Shown in pieces: positions 26,932 to 43,746 of a stretch of DNA of 64,000 nucleotides. A program made the position numbers and the translations under genes. This DNA is from the human T2T-CHM13v2.0 reference genome, Homo sapiens, in assembly GCF_009914755.1 (NCBI RefSeq), contig NC_060928.1, one strand, 5' to 3'. The notes under the pieces are model-generated. The model ran no database searches, had not been told where the DNA came from, and worked only from the letters and a program-made list of their open reading frames with translations. Each line of letters opens with the position of its first letter. Position 1 is the stretch's first letter.

Positions 26932-27247
26932 CTTTTTTTTTTTTTTTTTTTTTTTTTTGACAGGGTCACTCTGTCACCTAGGCTGGAACAGTGGCACCAT
27001 CACAGCTCACTGCAGTCTGGAACTCCTGGGCTCTAGCCATCCTCCCACCTCAGCCTCCTGACTAGTTGGGACTGCAGGCACTACAGGCACACACCGCCAT
27101 GCCTGGCTAATTTTTTTTTTTTTTTTTTTTTGAGATGAGTTTTTGCCATGCTTCCCAGAGTGGTCTTGAACTCCTGGGCTCAGGTGATCTGCCCACTGTG
27201 GCCTCCCAAAGTGCAGGGATTACAGGGGTGAGCCACCTCACCTGGCC
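26932..27247 (-). mobile_element. AluJ
   Basis: J-type cacagctcactgcag...ctcctgggct; expanded internal T-tract; degenerate TSD aacatctggttct / aatatttggttct. Confidence 0.9.
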
Positions 27248-27274
27248 AATATTTGGTTCTTAATACCACCCAGC

Positions 27275-27398
27275 TGTCATTAGATTGTAATTTTTGCAAA
27301 AGCAGAGACTTTGTGTGCATTGTTCACTGCTGAGTCTCACTGTTTATGAAAATGGCACGTAACAGATGTTCACTAGATGATTGTCTAATTAATTAAAT
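27275..27398 (+). mobile_element. L2 3' end
   Basis: tagattgtaa...gcagagactttgtgtgcattgttcactgctg...tggcacgtaacagatgttcact. Confidence 0.7.
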
Positions 27399-29335
27399 CT
27401 ATGCTAGCATATCCTGAGATGGCCAGTGCTCTTACCGATTCTCTGTCATATTTTTCGGTGAACTAATTATTACTTTAGGGATCTTCCAGCAAAGAATTTG
27501 GAAAGTCTCTACATCTTTTTAGGTCATATATGCCCAGAAATGTCATGCATTCTTTCCTGATCTGTGCATTCCTACTATCTCCCAAGGGCGCTTCACAGGA
27601 AATGAGAAACAGGTCTCCTTTATGCTCAAATATCAAAAATTTACCTGAGATTTGACCAAGGAACAGGGTACAGAGCCCCTTTCTCTCACACTCAATACCC
27701 CTTCCTCTCTTTATTTAGCTTACTGTTCAGAGAATCTTATTCTCTACTAGGGTATGTGGGAAGAGGTGTGGGGAGAAGACTGCTTTCCAGGAGTAAAAGG
27801 ATTTTTGCTCCTAATATTTTTCTTTTTTTTTTTTAAACTGTAGTTGAACAGTTTTATTTAAAAAGTACATTAATGAACATTAGCTATATTCTGTTGCTAA
27901 TGGATATAAAGGTAAGAGAAACAAGAGTCTTGTCCTCAGGAAGCCCAGAGTCTAAATAAAATGTTTGTCTATATCTTGTACGGTATGAATATCTGTGATA
28001 ATTTCATCTAACATTTTTGCTAAAAATCAAACATTGAGAATTAAAAGCCACATTGTTTCCCTCTCTTGCTTTGGCTGTGAGGAAGCATAGAACTCAATGT
28101 TATATCAGTAATCATGCTCATTACGATATTTGTGGTAGTTCTTTGTTTTGATAAATTTTTTTTATTATTAAAATTTATTTCCCTTTTATTCTTTTATGGG
28201 TACAGACTTTTGAAATCTAAAGTTTTAAATGTGAATCATGTTTTAACTTCTTTTTCTTCTTTTGTGCCTTTCTTCAACTAGTGATTAAGCTATGCCTGAA
28301 TATTTGAATGGGGAAAAGGCAAAGATGAAGGTAATATTAATACTATAAATGAGAAATCGTAAATAAGTAAATTTGAATAAAGGTGTAAGTAACTAATTAT
28401 ATATTTGTATAAACTACCACATACAGGTATGTTACTGTATATGTTTGAGCTACAGGCAAAATAAATAACACAATAATATTAAAAACTGATGTAAAATCCC
28501 CTGTTGAATGATAAAAATCTGTTATTTAATTTCTTTTGCAATATTATTAAGAAAAAATTTAGTTAGAATGCAAAATAAAAGGAAGATAATTTCTGTACCT
28601 ATCCTCATACATATGTATCTACTACTACAACAGGGATTAACTCCTCTCCAATTGAGAGAGTAATGTCAAAAATAAGGTTAAGATATAGATTCCTTGGCTG
28701 CCTTCTACTAATAGAGAGCCAGAAAGAATGGTATCCCTGAAGGCCCTGTGTTCCCTCTTAAGGAGCTTGAACTGTGTTCTATATCAGGTAGTAAACAAAA
28801 AGTCATCTTGCTTAGTCAACATTGACTTTTCATTCATTAAAGCTACCAACAAAGACCTCATTCTATTTTCTATTTATGCTAGGTATTTTACTGAAATATC
28901 TTCCTTCCCTATATTCAAGAAATTTTCAATTGCCATCAATGTCAGGTTTTTAGCCCAATAATCTGATTACTTATACCTGTTTATTCAAGAATGAAATTTA
29001 AGAAATTAATGTATAAACCTGTATTATCATACCTTCAGTTTCCAAAGTCTCTTTCGGTAGATTGCACTTCAAGCCAAACAAATAACTAAGGGTAGTGATT
29101 TCTGGCACATCAATGAGGATGATACTTTGACACATTTGAGAAATTTCCTATTTACTCAATCAACATCCTGTATTTGGCTATACATTTTAATCTCATATGA
29201 AACTAGCCTTACTTTGGACTAAAGTTAGTAGCCTAGAAAATGCAGAATAAGATAAATGTGATACTCCAAAAAGTGACTAAAGCAAAGCATTAATTTATTT
29301 GTTAAAACACTTTAAATGATTGACTAACAAAGTAT

Positions 29336-29337
<2 letters not shown>

Positions 29338-29378
<41 letters not shown>
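29338..29378. repeat. (TG)n microsatellite
   Basis: Direct reading. Confidence 0.97.
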
Positions 29379-29380
<2 letters not shown>

Positions 29381-30971
29381 TTTCTCTTCCTGAAGCAAAT
29401 GTGAAATATTGCTGGGTCTATAGAGTTTGTTGATGTGAATGTTATTTATTTTTAAATTTTTATTTTTAAACAGAATTTTATTTTAAAAAAATATGATCAG
29501 CCTGATAAGAAATAGGTGCAAAAGCCAGTACAAATTAAAAACCCAAAATTACTTTAATTAGAATGATCAGTGTCTCATTTATTGATATTTAAATAATATA
29601 GTATCATTTATTCATAATTGTCCTTATATAGCTCTAGATTTCTAGGAATAGACTAATCTTTGAAAAAGCACAAGGAGCCTGAAAATTGTAATTGGTATAA
29701 TTTCACATAGTATTCTGTTAAGAAAATATATCAGTGAATTGTAATTCACTTTAATATATGTGTGTGCATATATATGAATGTTAAAATTCCATATTAATCT
29801 TCAGGTCAACTAACATCTTGTCTCATGATATATTCCAGGTGAGTGTATTAACAGTAAACTCCTAGAAGTATGAGTATAGCAACCTCAATCATCTCTGAAA
29901 AAAAACATTTAGTGAGCTCAGATCTCAGTGAGGATATTACTAGAATGTCAAAACTGGGAGTAGGCATCACCTCTCTTCTAAGCAAATATTTTGAAAACAA
30001 GCCCCAAGGAAAACAGCATTTGGATGTCAATTTAGAACAGGTGGAGGAGACGACAGGGGAGCGCCACCAGGCAAGAATCAACATACAGGAAATAACCGAC
30101 AGGGCCGCTCTCTAGTCTATTTAGTGCCCAGCAATTAATCCCTGAAAAAAAAAAACACTAATATGTAACACATATTTATTTGAAAATAAGTAGTACCAGA
30201 ATAAGTGGATATTAGGGCTTATATATTCGGAAATTGCAAAATAAAACTCTTACTGGACTTTTGAAGTTGAAACTCCTTGGAACCAGACTTCTGATTTTAG
30301 CAACTTTTTTCTCATCCATTTTCCCCACTTCTTCAAGGGATTTAAGAAAATTTTAGAAGCATGATGGCAGTGTCAATCTTTAAATGTCACTGTTTAATTT
30401 TAGCCATCTTTTAAATTACTAACTTTTCTAATCTAATTATATAAATGGTAATTACCTATAAAAATAGCAATTAATTCTGAGAAGCACCTGTAAAGATAAA
30501 ATTGTGCTTATGAAGCCTGAAACCTTGTACTCAGTAGGAATTAAATTCAATGAAATCAATGGGAAGCAATGCCTGAAGTAAGCTTCATACCAAGGCCTAA
30601 GATTATGAATTTGCTCAACATTGTATAATTATTTTCCCCACTTTACTTGAGTTTCTCAACTACAGTGATGAAGGACATAAACTAATTACTGAATTGACTT
30701 TGATCCTTGTGGTAGCTTACGTGATTAGGCTTTGTGATGTTTAATGTCTGTATTCTAAATATGCAAAAAAATAAGCTTAATGATTACAACAAAGGTATGC
30801 AAATCAGAAATAGTCGTCCCTCCTTTCATTTGGTACTATCGCCTCAGTGCCAAAAATTTTCAAAGTATTTTATGTGCATAGACTGTGTGACCATTGAGTT
30901 AGTTGTTCCATCAGTATAGGAAAAGGAGAAAAATGATACACACCAGAACAATCCTGAAAATCCTTGTATAT

Positions 30972-31185
30972 CAGTGTTTCTCACCATGAATATGTTGTCC
31001 CCTCCTCCTCACCGGCCCACAGGAGTGATGTGGCAATGTCTCAAAACAATTTTGTTCACCACAACTGAGGGAGAATGCTACAGGCATCTAGTTAGTAGAG
31101 ACCAAAAATGCTACTAACCACCTGTAATGCACAAGAAATCTCCGTGCAACAAGAGCCATCTGTCCATGTTGTCAATAGTACCATC
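30972..31185 (+). mobile_element. MER20 (hAT-Charlie MITE)
   Basis: cagtgtttctca...tggcaatgtctcaaaacaattttg...cacaactgagg...tgctacaggcatctagttagtagagacc...gtcaatagt. Confidence 0.85.
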
Positions 31186-32451
31186 ATTGTGTGCCTTGTG
31201 CTACATATAAACAGAAAATATAAAGTCAAATAAGTACTATCAGAGAAGAAATAGGGGCACTGTAGAACAAAGCTTGAATATATATTGACAATGGAATGCT
31301 GACATTTAAAAAATAATGTAAAAATATTGAAATTCATATTGTGAACAAAAGCTGAGAAAATTATCATTTTTGTGATGATTAGATTGACATAACTACTATA
31401 GAACAGGTTTACTTCGATTATTTTTCTCAAGGGGTATTTGTTAGAATTACAGGTAAATTACCTCTAATTCTTCCTTTCTCCTTATAATTTTATGGTATTC
31501 TCAATAAGGGACGTTTTACAGAAATCAGCAGTTCCTATAAAAAATCTTGGCAATAATATAGAGACAAAGCCAAGAACTTGAATAGACCATAGATAATTAA
31601 TTTGCCAATTAAAAAGAAGTTATTGTCTTAGCTACTAGGTGACTAGTGGGTTTTTTTTGTGTGTGTTTTTGTTCGTTTGCTTGTATGTTTTCAAAAAATC
31701 CTAAATTAGGATTTGAATTCTAAAATCTTCAACTAAAACCTCCAATTCTTCAGATGTGGAAATCTTGATCTATAGCTTGTTCTGAATGAGAGTAGTCTTT
31801 TATTCCAAGAAAAAAGAATACATCTCCATTATACATTATTTTCTACATGGAGGAATTTTATGGATTAAAAATTCCCTTTGTGAGGTTGTTTGTTCCTCTT
31901 AAATCTATTTTGTTTGTGTCATCACCATTCCCAAATGAATTTCCTCCATTAGAGATATTTACCCAGTATCTGAGAATTTCTGTGTATGATGCGTGAAAAA
32001 TCATTCACCTCCTGAGAAAAGCAGGTGCATATCACTTCCCATCTTTCTTTCTTTTCTTTCTTTCTTTCCTTCCAACTCCCAGAAAGAATTACTTCCTTAT
32101 TATAACTCTGGACCATTTCAAATTCCTGGTAGGATGAAGACTTAGAGAAATAAAAAGGCATGGCATCCCTGATAAAAATATATAATTATACACAAAATAC
32201 TATAACAATTGAGAAAGATGAAAATAATAAATATTTTATTTTTCACTATTATAAAACAATTATAAGGTTATTTGATTATAGTATCTGATATATCAATGTT
32301 TTATTAAGGGAATTCTGATACAACAAATAATTAAGAGTAAGTTGCTTAATTAACTTAGTAGAAGCATGAATGTGAATAAGTAGGCAATTCTTTAGTATTC
32401 ATCATAAAATGCCAAGCAAGGAATACTGATGGAGATTGTTTTATATTTGTC

Positions 32452-32516
32452 TGCCTGAAAATCTTGTATTTACTTTTCATATTTTTGCCTGAAAATCTTG
32501 TATTTACTTTTCGTAT
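32452..32516. repeat. 34-bp tandem duplication (~2 copies)
   Basis: tgcctgaaaatcttgtatttacttttc(a/g)tatt starts at 32452 and again at 32486. Confidence 0.95.
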
Positions 32517-33516
32517 TGTGTTGTAAAAAATCTCTTTGAACAGTGCAAACTTCAGAATGACATTTGAAAGGAATTCATAATTTTTTCTATAATATAGTAA
32601 GCATAATGACTTTTATGTAGTCATTTAATTGGCTTGGGCAGAGTGATCTTCTAAGTAGATATATCATATGGTATATATGTATCTATAAGAGCTAGAGGTT
32701 GAAATGAAAACTGAAATTTTTAGCAAGATATTATGAGAAGTTTATCACAAAATTCACCAAAAATTCACCTACTTGCAAAAGGGACCACATATATTATCTT
32801 TTCCTATTGTTTTTAAAAACACCTTGAAAACTAAAAATAGATGTACACAAAGGCCCTGTTGCAATGGAACTATTTCATTAGGATTTCAATGGAGTCATAT
32901 GCAAGTGAGTATGTGAAAATCATGTGTTTTATATGTCTATTTCCTCCTACAATGTTTATTTAACCAAATGTATCTAAAACAGTAAAATATAATGTCTTTA
33001 TAATACTATTGAAAAAATCTTAGCACAGATTACAGATAACAAAAAAGTGTTATGTCTTTTGTCAATTTCTTCTGCCTCTAAGTATATGGACTCATAGTTG
33101 ATCATGCTAGGATCTGTGAAGAATGTTCCTGGAGAAAATGATTTTCTTGTTACTGATCTTTAGAGTTCCTTTATTATTGTTCATTGTCATGCTTTACTGT
33201 GGGACAACATGTAGCTTTTTCTATCACACCTATGCTTGCTTAAGAAAAGGTTCCTTAACCCTTCTCTGTCACTATAATTCCCATGTGGTGAGGACACTGA
33301 CAAATGGAAAGGAATGGAAGTGTCCTGAGGAAGATCAAACCCTCTGACTATGCTTAGCCATATGAAGTGACAGAAGAGATTCTGTAGATGAAAGAGCACA
33401 GGAGAATAACAGGTCAAGATACTGAAATTGTTAAATTTAGCCTAAATGTGTCTCTGTACATAGTGAACTGTAATCTAGCTTAGTATATAAACAAACTTTA
33501 ACCTAACTTAAGAGTA

Positions 33517-33897
33517 ATGTGTTACTTAATGATGGTGGTAAATTCTGAGAAATGCCAGATGAGAAATGAGATTTTGTCATTGTGTGACCATCGTAGAGTG
33601 TACTTACACAAACCTAGATGGTATAGCCTACTATATGCCTAGGCTATACGATATTGCCTATTGCTCCTATGCTACTATGTTACTGTACTGAATACTGCAG
33701 GCAATTGTAACACAGTGTTAAGTACCCCTAGATGTAAGCATATCTAAACATAGAAAAGGCAATGTGCTGCCTTAAAACATTATGATGGCTATGGCGTCAC
33801 ATGATAGGAATTTTTCAGATCCACTATATTCGTATGGGACCATTACGATACATGTGGTTCATCTTGACCAAAAGCATCATTTTTAGGGCATGACTAG
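33517..33897 (+). mobile_element. Tigger3/Golem-derived MITE (MER7-type)
   Basis: ttctgagaaatgc...tagagtgtacttacacaaacctagatggtatagcctac...atctaaacatagaaaagg...tatgggaccat...gcatgact. Confidence 0.85.
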
Positions 33898-34022
33898 ATA
33901 TCCTTGCAATAAATATGTGAGCCTCAGCCAATCACAGGCTGCTAACTGATCAGACCATGTAAATATAAACTAGCATATGTTTTATCACACCATGCCTAAA
34001 TAAGGCATATGCTGAGCTATAA

Positions 34023-34344
<322 letters not shown>

Positions 34345-34984
34345 CCGTCACTTTCTTTTTGTCTCTCTAAATTCTGCCTGCCAACATTGCTAACTGGATC
34401 TCTGTGACACTCTAGCAGTTCATAGTGCTGCCCAATTCATGAATCTTTCTTTGTTTAAATAAATTCAGTTAAACTTAATTTGTCTGAAGTTTTTCTTTTA
34501 ATAGAACTGAGCAGCCACATTTTTTAACCTAATAATTTTTATATAAGGATAAATGACTAAGTTAAAACTAATCTTAAATAGCAGAATTGCAAGTTATTAA
34601 CTCAGATACTGTGTGTGCATAATATATAATTCATTTTTCATGGTTGCTGTTATTCAAAACATACATGAGAAAGGAAGTTAAGTGTCCATGTGTCTTACAC
34701 TTGGAAGTCAATAGATGCTATATAAATTTTTAATGTTGATTGTATAGTTGTACAAATATTTTAGTTACATTCATGACAGAAAACAAATATGAACAAAATT
34801 CAGCGTTTTCTTCATCAAAGTGGGGATCTGGGTGTTCATTTTATAACATTTTGAGGATTTTTAAGGGTTTTTTGTACAAACATGTATTTCACTAATGAAA
34901 ATTATAAAAATAAGTATAATGAAATGGAAATAAGCCATTGAGTTTAAGACATAGTAACTAATATATAATATGCTAGTAGTTCAT

Positions 34985-35407
34985 GTGGATTTTATTATTA
35001 TACAAATGTTCACTCTTTCCTAGCCCTTTATTAACCACCAAAAAAGCCCCCACCCCATTGATGAGTGTATCAAAGCGACATGGCTTGGACAATTGAATGC
35101 ACCAGTGTGACGTTTCTCAGTGGAGGCTTTAAGAGGCATGATGGGTTCCTTGCAGACCTTGTGCTCCACCATCTGCCATGAGAAGAGCATGCATATCTCA
35201 GGTATCTATTAGCCCCAGAAAGTGAGACATGCAGAGCACACCTAAATCCAACCTGCAGGCAAGAACAGACCTATTCCAGACAATCCACAGGCTTTTAAAT
35301 TTAAAAACACTAGTGTGAGCAAGAAATAAACCTTTGTTATTAGTAATCCACTGAAATGTTGGGGTTTGTGTGTTTTGCAATATAATTGCAGCAAAATATA
35401 TATAACA
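34985..35407 (+). mobile_element. MLT1 (J/H-like) LTR
   Basis: ctgccatgagaagagcatg...gtgagcaagaaataaacctttgttattagtaatccactgaaatgttgggg; boundaries approximate. Confidence 0.7.
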
Positions 35408-35589
35408 TAATCATGTTATCATTTTTGCCACAGTAAAATAGTGCACTTTATTTCCCCAAACAGGTAATGGAAAAACATTTATTAACACCAAAATAGTTAA
35501 TGAGAATTCCAGATGGCAACTAACTTGAGTTTATCTCAGCATATGCATCTTTCTTTATTTCACTAAATTAAAGATAATGAGGAATTTTT

Positions 35590-35800
35590 AAGGGCTTTAG
35601 AATGAGTCATACCTGTGCTCAAATCCTGGCTCTTTCATTTAATAATCTGATTAACTCTTCCATGAGTTTCAGCTCCTCATTTGCATACAGAAATAATGAC
35701 AACTTTATTGTTTTTTAGAGTCAAATACAAATAGCATGAAAAGTATCTAGCACAGTTTATGGAGCGTTGTAAGGTCAATAATTAGTAGCTATTATTATAG
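35590..35800 (+). mobile_element. MIR
   Basis: gggctttagaatgagtcatacctgtgctcaaatcctggctct...gagtttcagctcctcatttg...aaagtatctagcacagt. Confidence 0.75.
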
Positions 35801-35994
35801 AGCTCTATACTGCTGTTTTTCAAAGAGAAAAAACACTTCTGGATAGTGTTGGATTCCATATTAATTTCAATTTTAGTACTCTATAATACCAAAAAGACAC
35901 TGTTGACTTTGGAAGTGAATGTATAAGGCATTTGGAAAACATGAAGTAAACAGAAAAAAAGTGTGATGAAATAAGTAGTAATATAAAACATGTA

Positions 35995-36506
35995 GTTATC
36001 CATGCAAGATAATTTTAGCTATACATAGCAGACAAATCAAACTAGCTTTATTATAAGGAAACATATTACCTCATACACTCTGAAAATATGGTGAACTTAA
36101 TGGCTAATTGGTCTTTCTGTCTCTCCCATTTGCCATACCCTGTACTGGCTTAATCTTTGGGATTATTCCAAAATAGCTAAAACTGTTCCAGGATCACCAT
36201 CTATGGTGAGAAGGGGTGAGAGACCATTTCTGTCTGTGGTTTTCTCTAGAGAAAAAGGAAACTTTTTTTCCAAGACTCCTAGCAGAATTCCCCTTATGTT
36301 TTAATGCCATAATTTGATCGCACTCAAATATTATCAAGGCAAATGAGTTTACATTTAAAATACTGGAACCCCACCTGGAGATGGGCATGGTGGCTCAGCT
36401 GCCTCTGTTGCACAAAGCATTCTGATGGTGTGATGGTTACCTGAGCCAAACAAGGGCTCTGGTAGAAAAGGAGCCAAATATGAGGCAACCAACCACGCCT
36501 CCCACA
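35995..36506 (-). mobile_element. MLT1 (K/L-like) LTR
   Basis: caaatcaaactagcttta...tttccaagactcctagcagaattccccttatgt...ggcaaccaaccacgcctcccaca. Confidence 0.6.
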
Positions 36507-37299
36507 AGATAAAAATGCACATTACCTGATAAACTGTTGCTCATATGATATAGGTTTTTTCTTATAATAGATATGTTTTAAATATCAACCAATCTGAAAG
36601 AACAAACAGAACTTTTGAAAATGGCATACAACATGTTTTAGCCTAGTTGACCATTAAACCTATAATTGATTTGGAGTACAGCCACCACAAGCTGTTCCAA
36701 GAAAGAAAAAGTAAAGAGCTTTTATGAAACACTCATCTAAGAATAGAAGTATGAATTTTTCCTCTACGTGGGCATTGCACATTATAGTACTTTCTTTAAG
36801 AACTCTGCAAGAAGTTTAAATGCAGTTGTAAAAGTACATCCCAACACAATAGTCCTCTGTTAGTCATTTGCACAGGTTCTTGAATATAAAAATAGTTGGC
36901 TTTTGGGTAACCTACAGATAAGAAATTTCTGGTCTTCAGAATAAAAGCCTGATTATTTTTACATTCTATCCTAGTGTAACCACTTATAAAGACAATTTCA
37001 ATTGCATGTTCAACATTTCTATATATTTAAATTCAACAAATGGAAAAATATTTTCTATCTTCAAAAAAGGCACTTAACTCTTGAATTCACAGACTTCGTA
37101 TTTTCACTTCAACAGCAGTTAAAAATAATGCCTGCAAATAGAAACTTCATTATTACTCTGTAACTCATAAAAAAAGTACATAGAGCCATTTTAATTTTCA
37201 TTCCACAACTATAGAACTGTCAGATCTTGTTAATAGTCAATTAAATGACTACCTGACACATATGATTTAAAAATTAAGAATCAGTACTTAGTCATATAA

Positions 37300-39082
37300 T
37301 GGTGCCATTCTGCCTCAGATGCGCCACTACTAGTTTTCTATCTTGGCCAAAGAGTAGTTTCAGTAGTTTCCATTTGGACATTTCTACCATTATTAATATT
37401 CCTAGACAGCTCAGGAAACAAATTTGGGGGTTCTGAAAGCTGTTGTGTATATGTATCCCATAATGCTTTCAAGGACCAGGTAAATGAACATAGGATGGGT
37501 CCTTGGACCCTTTTTAGCCACTTTGAGACAGACTTGGGTTAAGACTTTATTTATGTACTGTACTCCACATATTCCCACTTTGTGTGGAGAAGGCATGATT
37601 GTACTTTGGATTTCCTTTGAGAGAGTTGCTACTCTACATACATTCTTTTGCATCACAGAGTCCATCCCAGGGTTCTAGCCACCCCTTCACACAATGGTTT
37701 AAATATGAGAACTGGCTCAGGTATAAAACATTAATATGTGGCCATCACCACAGATCAGTGATAGCACCCCTGGGTCACAATTCTGATTTTGCTTCCAAAA
37801 TTCAGAGGTAATTATGGTAATTATGTCTATCTTGACTTTGGAGATGAAGAAATACTAATCCTTGCATCAAAGATCAGCCACCGTAGACCTTCTCAATAAT
37901 GACAGTGAAGACATTACTAACACTTTTGTTTTGGTTTAGTAAAGAAAGAGTTTTCTGAAGTCTCATAGGGAAGGTGGATTCTCTAAACTTTTGAAATAAA
38001 TTCATTGTAGCACACTCCACTCTCAGAGTTCTTTGAATTTTTCCTTATTCTCCCAAGGCATTTCTTCAAAACTTCATTTGCTGTTCGTTGTCATTTTTTC
38101 TAAACTTCATGTAGACATTGCGGAAGTGGCAAAAACCTCATTACTTTCGCACTAACCTATAGTAAAACCTCCATTATCTAGCCTGATATTCTGTCACACT
38201 CACTTTCACTTCCCAATCAGGTTCAGCAATCTCAAGATCCATTCCAAAACATGTTCTGATAGTTCTTGCCAATATTTATCACTTAGGCCCTGCAGTTCTT
38301 TTCATGAATAATATCTTTTCTCCCAAAATGTGAAGAGTACTTGCATAATTAGCTTTGTTGTCTCTTCAGGGTTTGTTGACCTAAAAGCCATGAGAAGTAC
38401 AGACAATCTTGAAGAGATTGTATAACATGGTGTAGTCTTTCTCTTTGAATGAAATTCTGCATGTTCTGTAACCGAATGAAGGCTGTTGTCTTCTAGCAAA
38501 GAGGAGAATGACCACTTCCAAAGGCCCAGTGGTTTCAGACAAATCGGACCATTTAAACTCCTTAAGTGCATCTACCCAGATGTCCCTGAAACAGGCCTAA
38601 GAATTCCACTCTATCTCTGGTAGTGGCCTGATTTTAAGATTATAGTTATGTTACAACTGTGAATTAAACCTTCTCTTGATGTTGCCACAAATGCTCAAAC
38701 TAAGCTCCAGTTTCGAAAATAAAAGTCTTAAAATTCCATCTCTTAGGCTTTCTGACTCTTACCATACTTCTGAGTTGGTAACTGGTTAACTTAATCATCT
38801 TTTTTAATTCCTTCAGCACACTGATAATTCTGAACAGAGTACAACAAACTCTTCAGACCTCCTACTTACTATTGCCACCATATTTATCCAATGCTGGAGA
38901 AATAGGCATGTCAGTTCATCTCCTATATGTAGCACTTCCCAAGTCTTCACGAATGAGAGTCTTAGGAAGTGAGATGCTATGATATGCCAGGGCTGATACA
39001 GAATACACCACCACTTAACATCAACATTATAGTCCTGGCCATATGGTCAGCCAAGGACCCAATTTGAGAAGCTTAGGGTTCT
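37300..39082 (-). mobile_element. Decayed ERVL internal region (gag, possibly start of protease)
   Basis: Minus-strand translation of 38301-38221 is KELQGLSDKYWQELSEHVLEWILRLLN (cf. ERVL Gag KEL.EFSNLY.QK.GE..WEWILRV). Also RDIWVD at ~38588 (cf. GDIWED), EEMPWENKEKIQR at ~38070-38030 (cf. LPW..EEGIQR) and ALWDT at ~37465 (cf. protease LLDTG). Left boundary approximate. Confidence 0.75.
38126..38160. mobile_element. Half MADE1 / single Hsmar1 TIR
   Basis: gtggcaaaaacctcattactttcgcactaacctat matches the right half of MADE1 (ATGGCAAAAACCGCAATTACTTTTGCACCAACCTAA). Confidence 0.75.
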
Positions 39083-42072
<2,990 letters not shown>

Positions 42073-42077
42073 TTTGT

Positions 42078-42525
42078 TTTAGGACCAATTCTAGTACAAA
42101 AACTCTTCTTGTGGGTTTCTACGGATTCAGAACTGGAGAAAATGATTCAAGTGCAATCTTTGAAGGGAAGTGAGGATTAATAATACAAAATGAAAGACAA
42201 TAAAGAGGATATTATTAAGCCAATTATTACAGTGAGCAACTGAAGTCTGCAGAGAGAATCTGGGAAATGATACATAAAACATACAGCATTACTCCTCTTG
42301 AAGATCAAGGGAATTAGACTATTAACATATTAATTTTCATCATTCTTATTTTAAAGGGTGCTCAAAGGACTTGTTAATTCCCTAGGACTTCTGATCTGCT
42401 TCCTGTACAGTCAGAGAAACCCCTTCTGGAAAAAGCTATCGTCTACAAAAAATACAAATACAATTAGAACTTCTTTAGAGCACATTGAAACTGTAAGGTC
42501 TCAGGGTCCTGTTTTGAGTGCTACA
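42078..42525 (-). mobile_element. ERVL 5' LTR (LTR33/LTR16-like) plus PBS region
   Basis: aggaccaattctagtacaaaaact resembles the reverse complement of the ERVL leader/PBS (tggtaccagaagtggtcc). LTR motifs tggagaaaatgattcaagtgcaa and tattaagccaattattacagtgagcaactgaag; ends gctaca (TGTAGC on the minus strand). Confidence 0.65.
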
Positions 42526-42619
42526 GTTGTTTTCATTACCATATTTGACCTAGAAAATCAGTCACAAATCTAGAAATTCTCCCCTCACTAGATTTTGCTA
42601 TTTTCTTCAATTTTGGTAT

Positions 42620-43310
<691 letters not shown>

Positions 43311-43439
43311 GATGTATCAGTACTTTGTAAAAAGTGAAATACATACATATTAGGAAACTTTATAAATACGCAGTAAAAAAAATTGTTTACCAAGTCACTT
43401 TATCACAGTGCAATATGTATCATTAGACATTTTAGGGTT

Positions 43440-43746
43440 TCTTTTGTTTTGTTTGGTTTTGCTTTGCTTTGTTTTTCTTGAGACAGGTTCTGTCTTCCAG
43501 ATTGAAGTACAGTGGTGAGATCTCAGCTCACTGCCACCTCCACCTCCTGGGCTCGAACAATCCTTTCACCTCAGCCACCTAAGCAGCTGGGATTATAGAA
43601 ATGCACCACCAAGCCAAGCTAACTTTGATATTTTTTGTGGAGACAGGATTTCACCATGTTACTCATGCTGGTCTCAAACTCCTGGGCTCAAAGTTTCTCC
43701 CTCCTCAGCCTCCAAAAGTGCTGGGGTTAGTGTGCCTGCACCTGGC
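43440..43746 (-). mobile_element. AluJ
   Basis: ctcctgggctcgaacaatcctttcacctcagcc and aactcctgggctcaa; highly diverged. Confidence 0.88.

Noticed and set aside
29848-30115. Overlapping 78- and 81-aa ORFs in unique sequence
   Set aside because: No recognisable domain; the lengths are within chance expectation.
32452-32516. CRISPR-like direct repeat
   Set aside because: Only two adjacent copies with no unique spacers, in a eukaryotic context with no cas genes.
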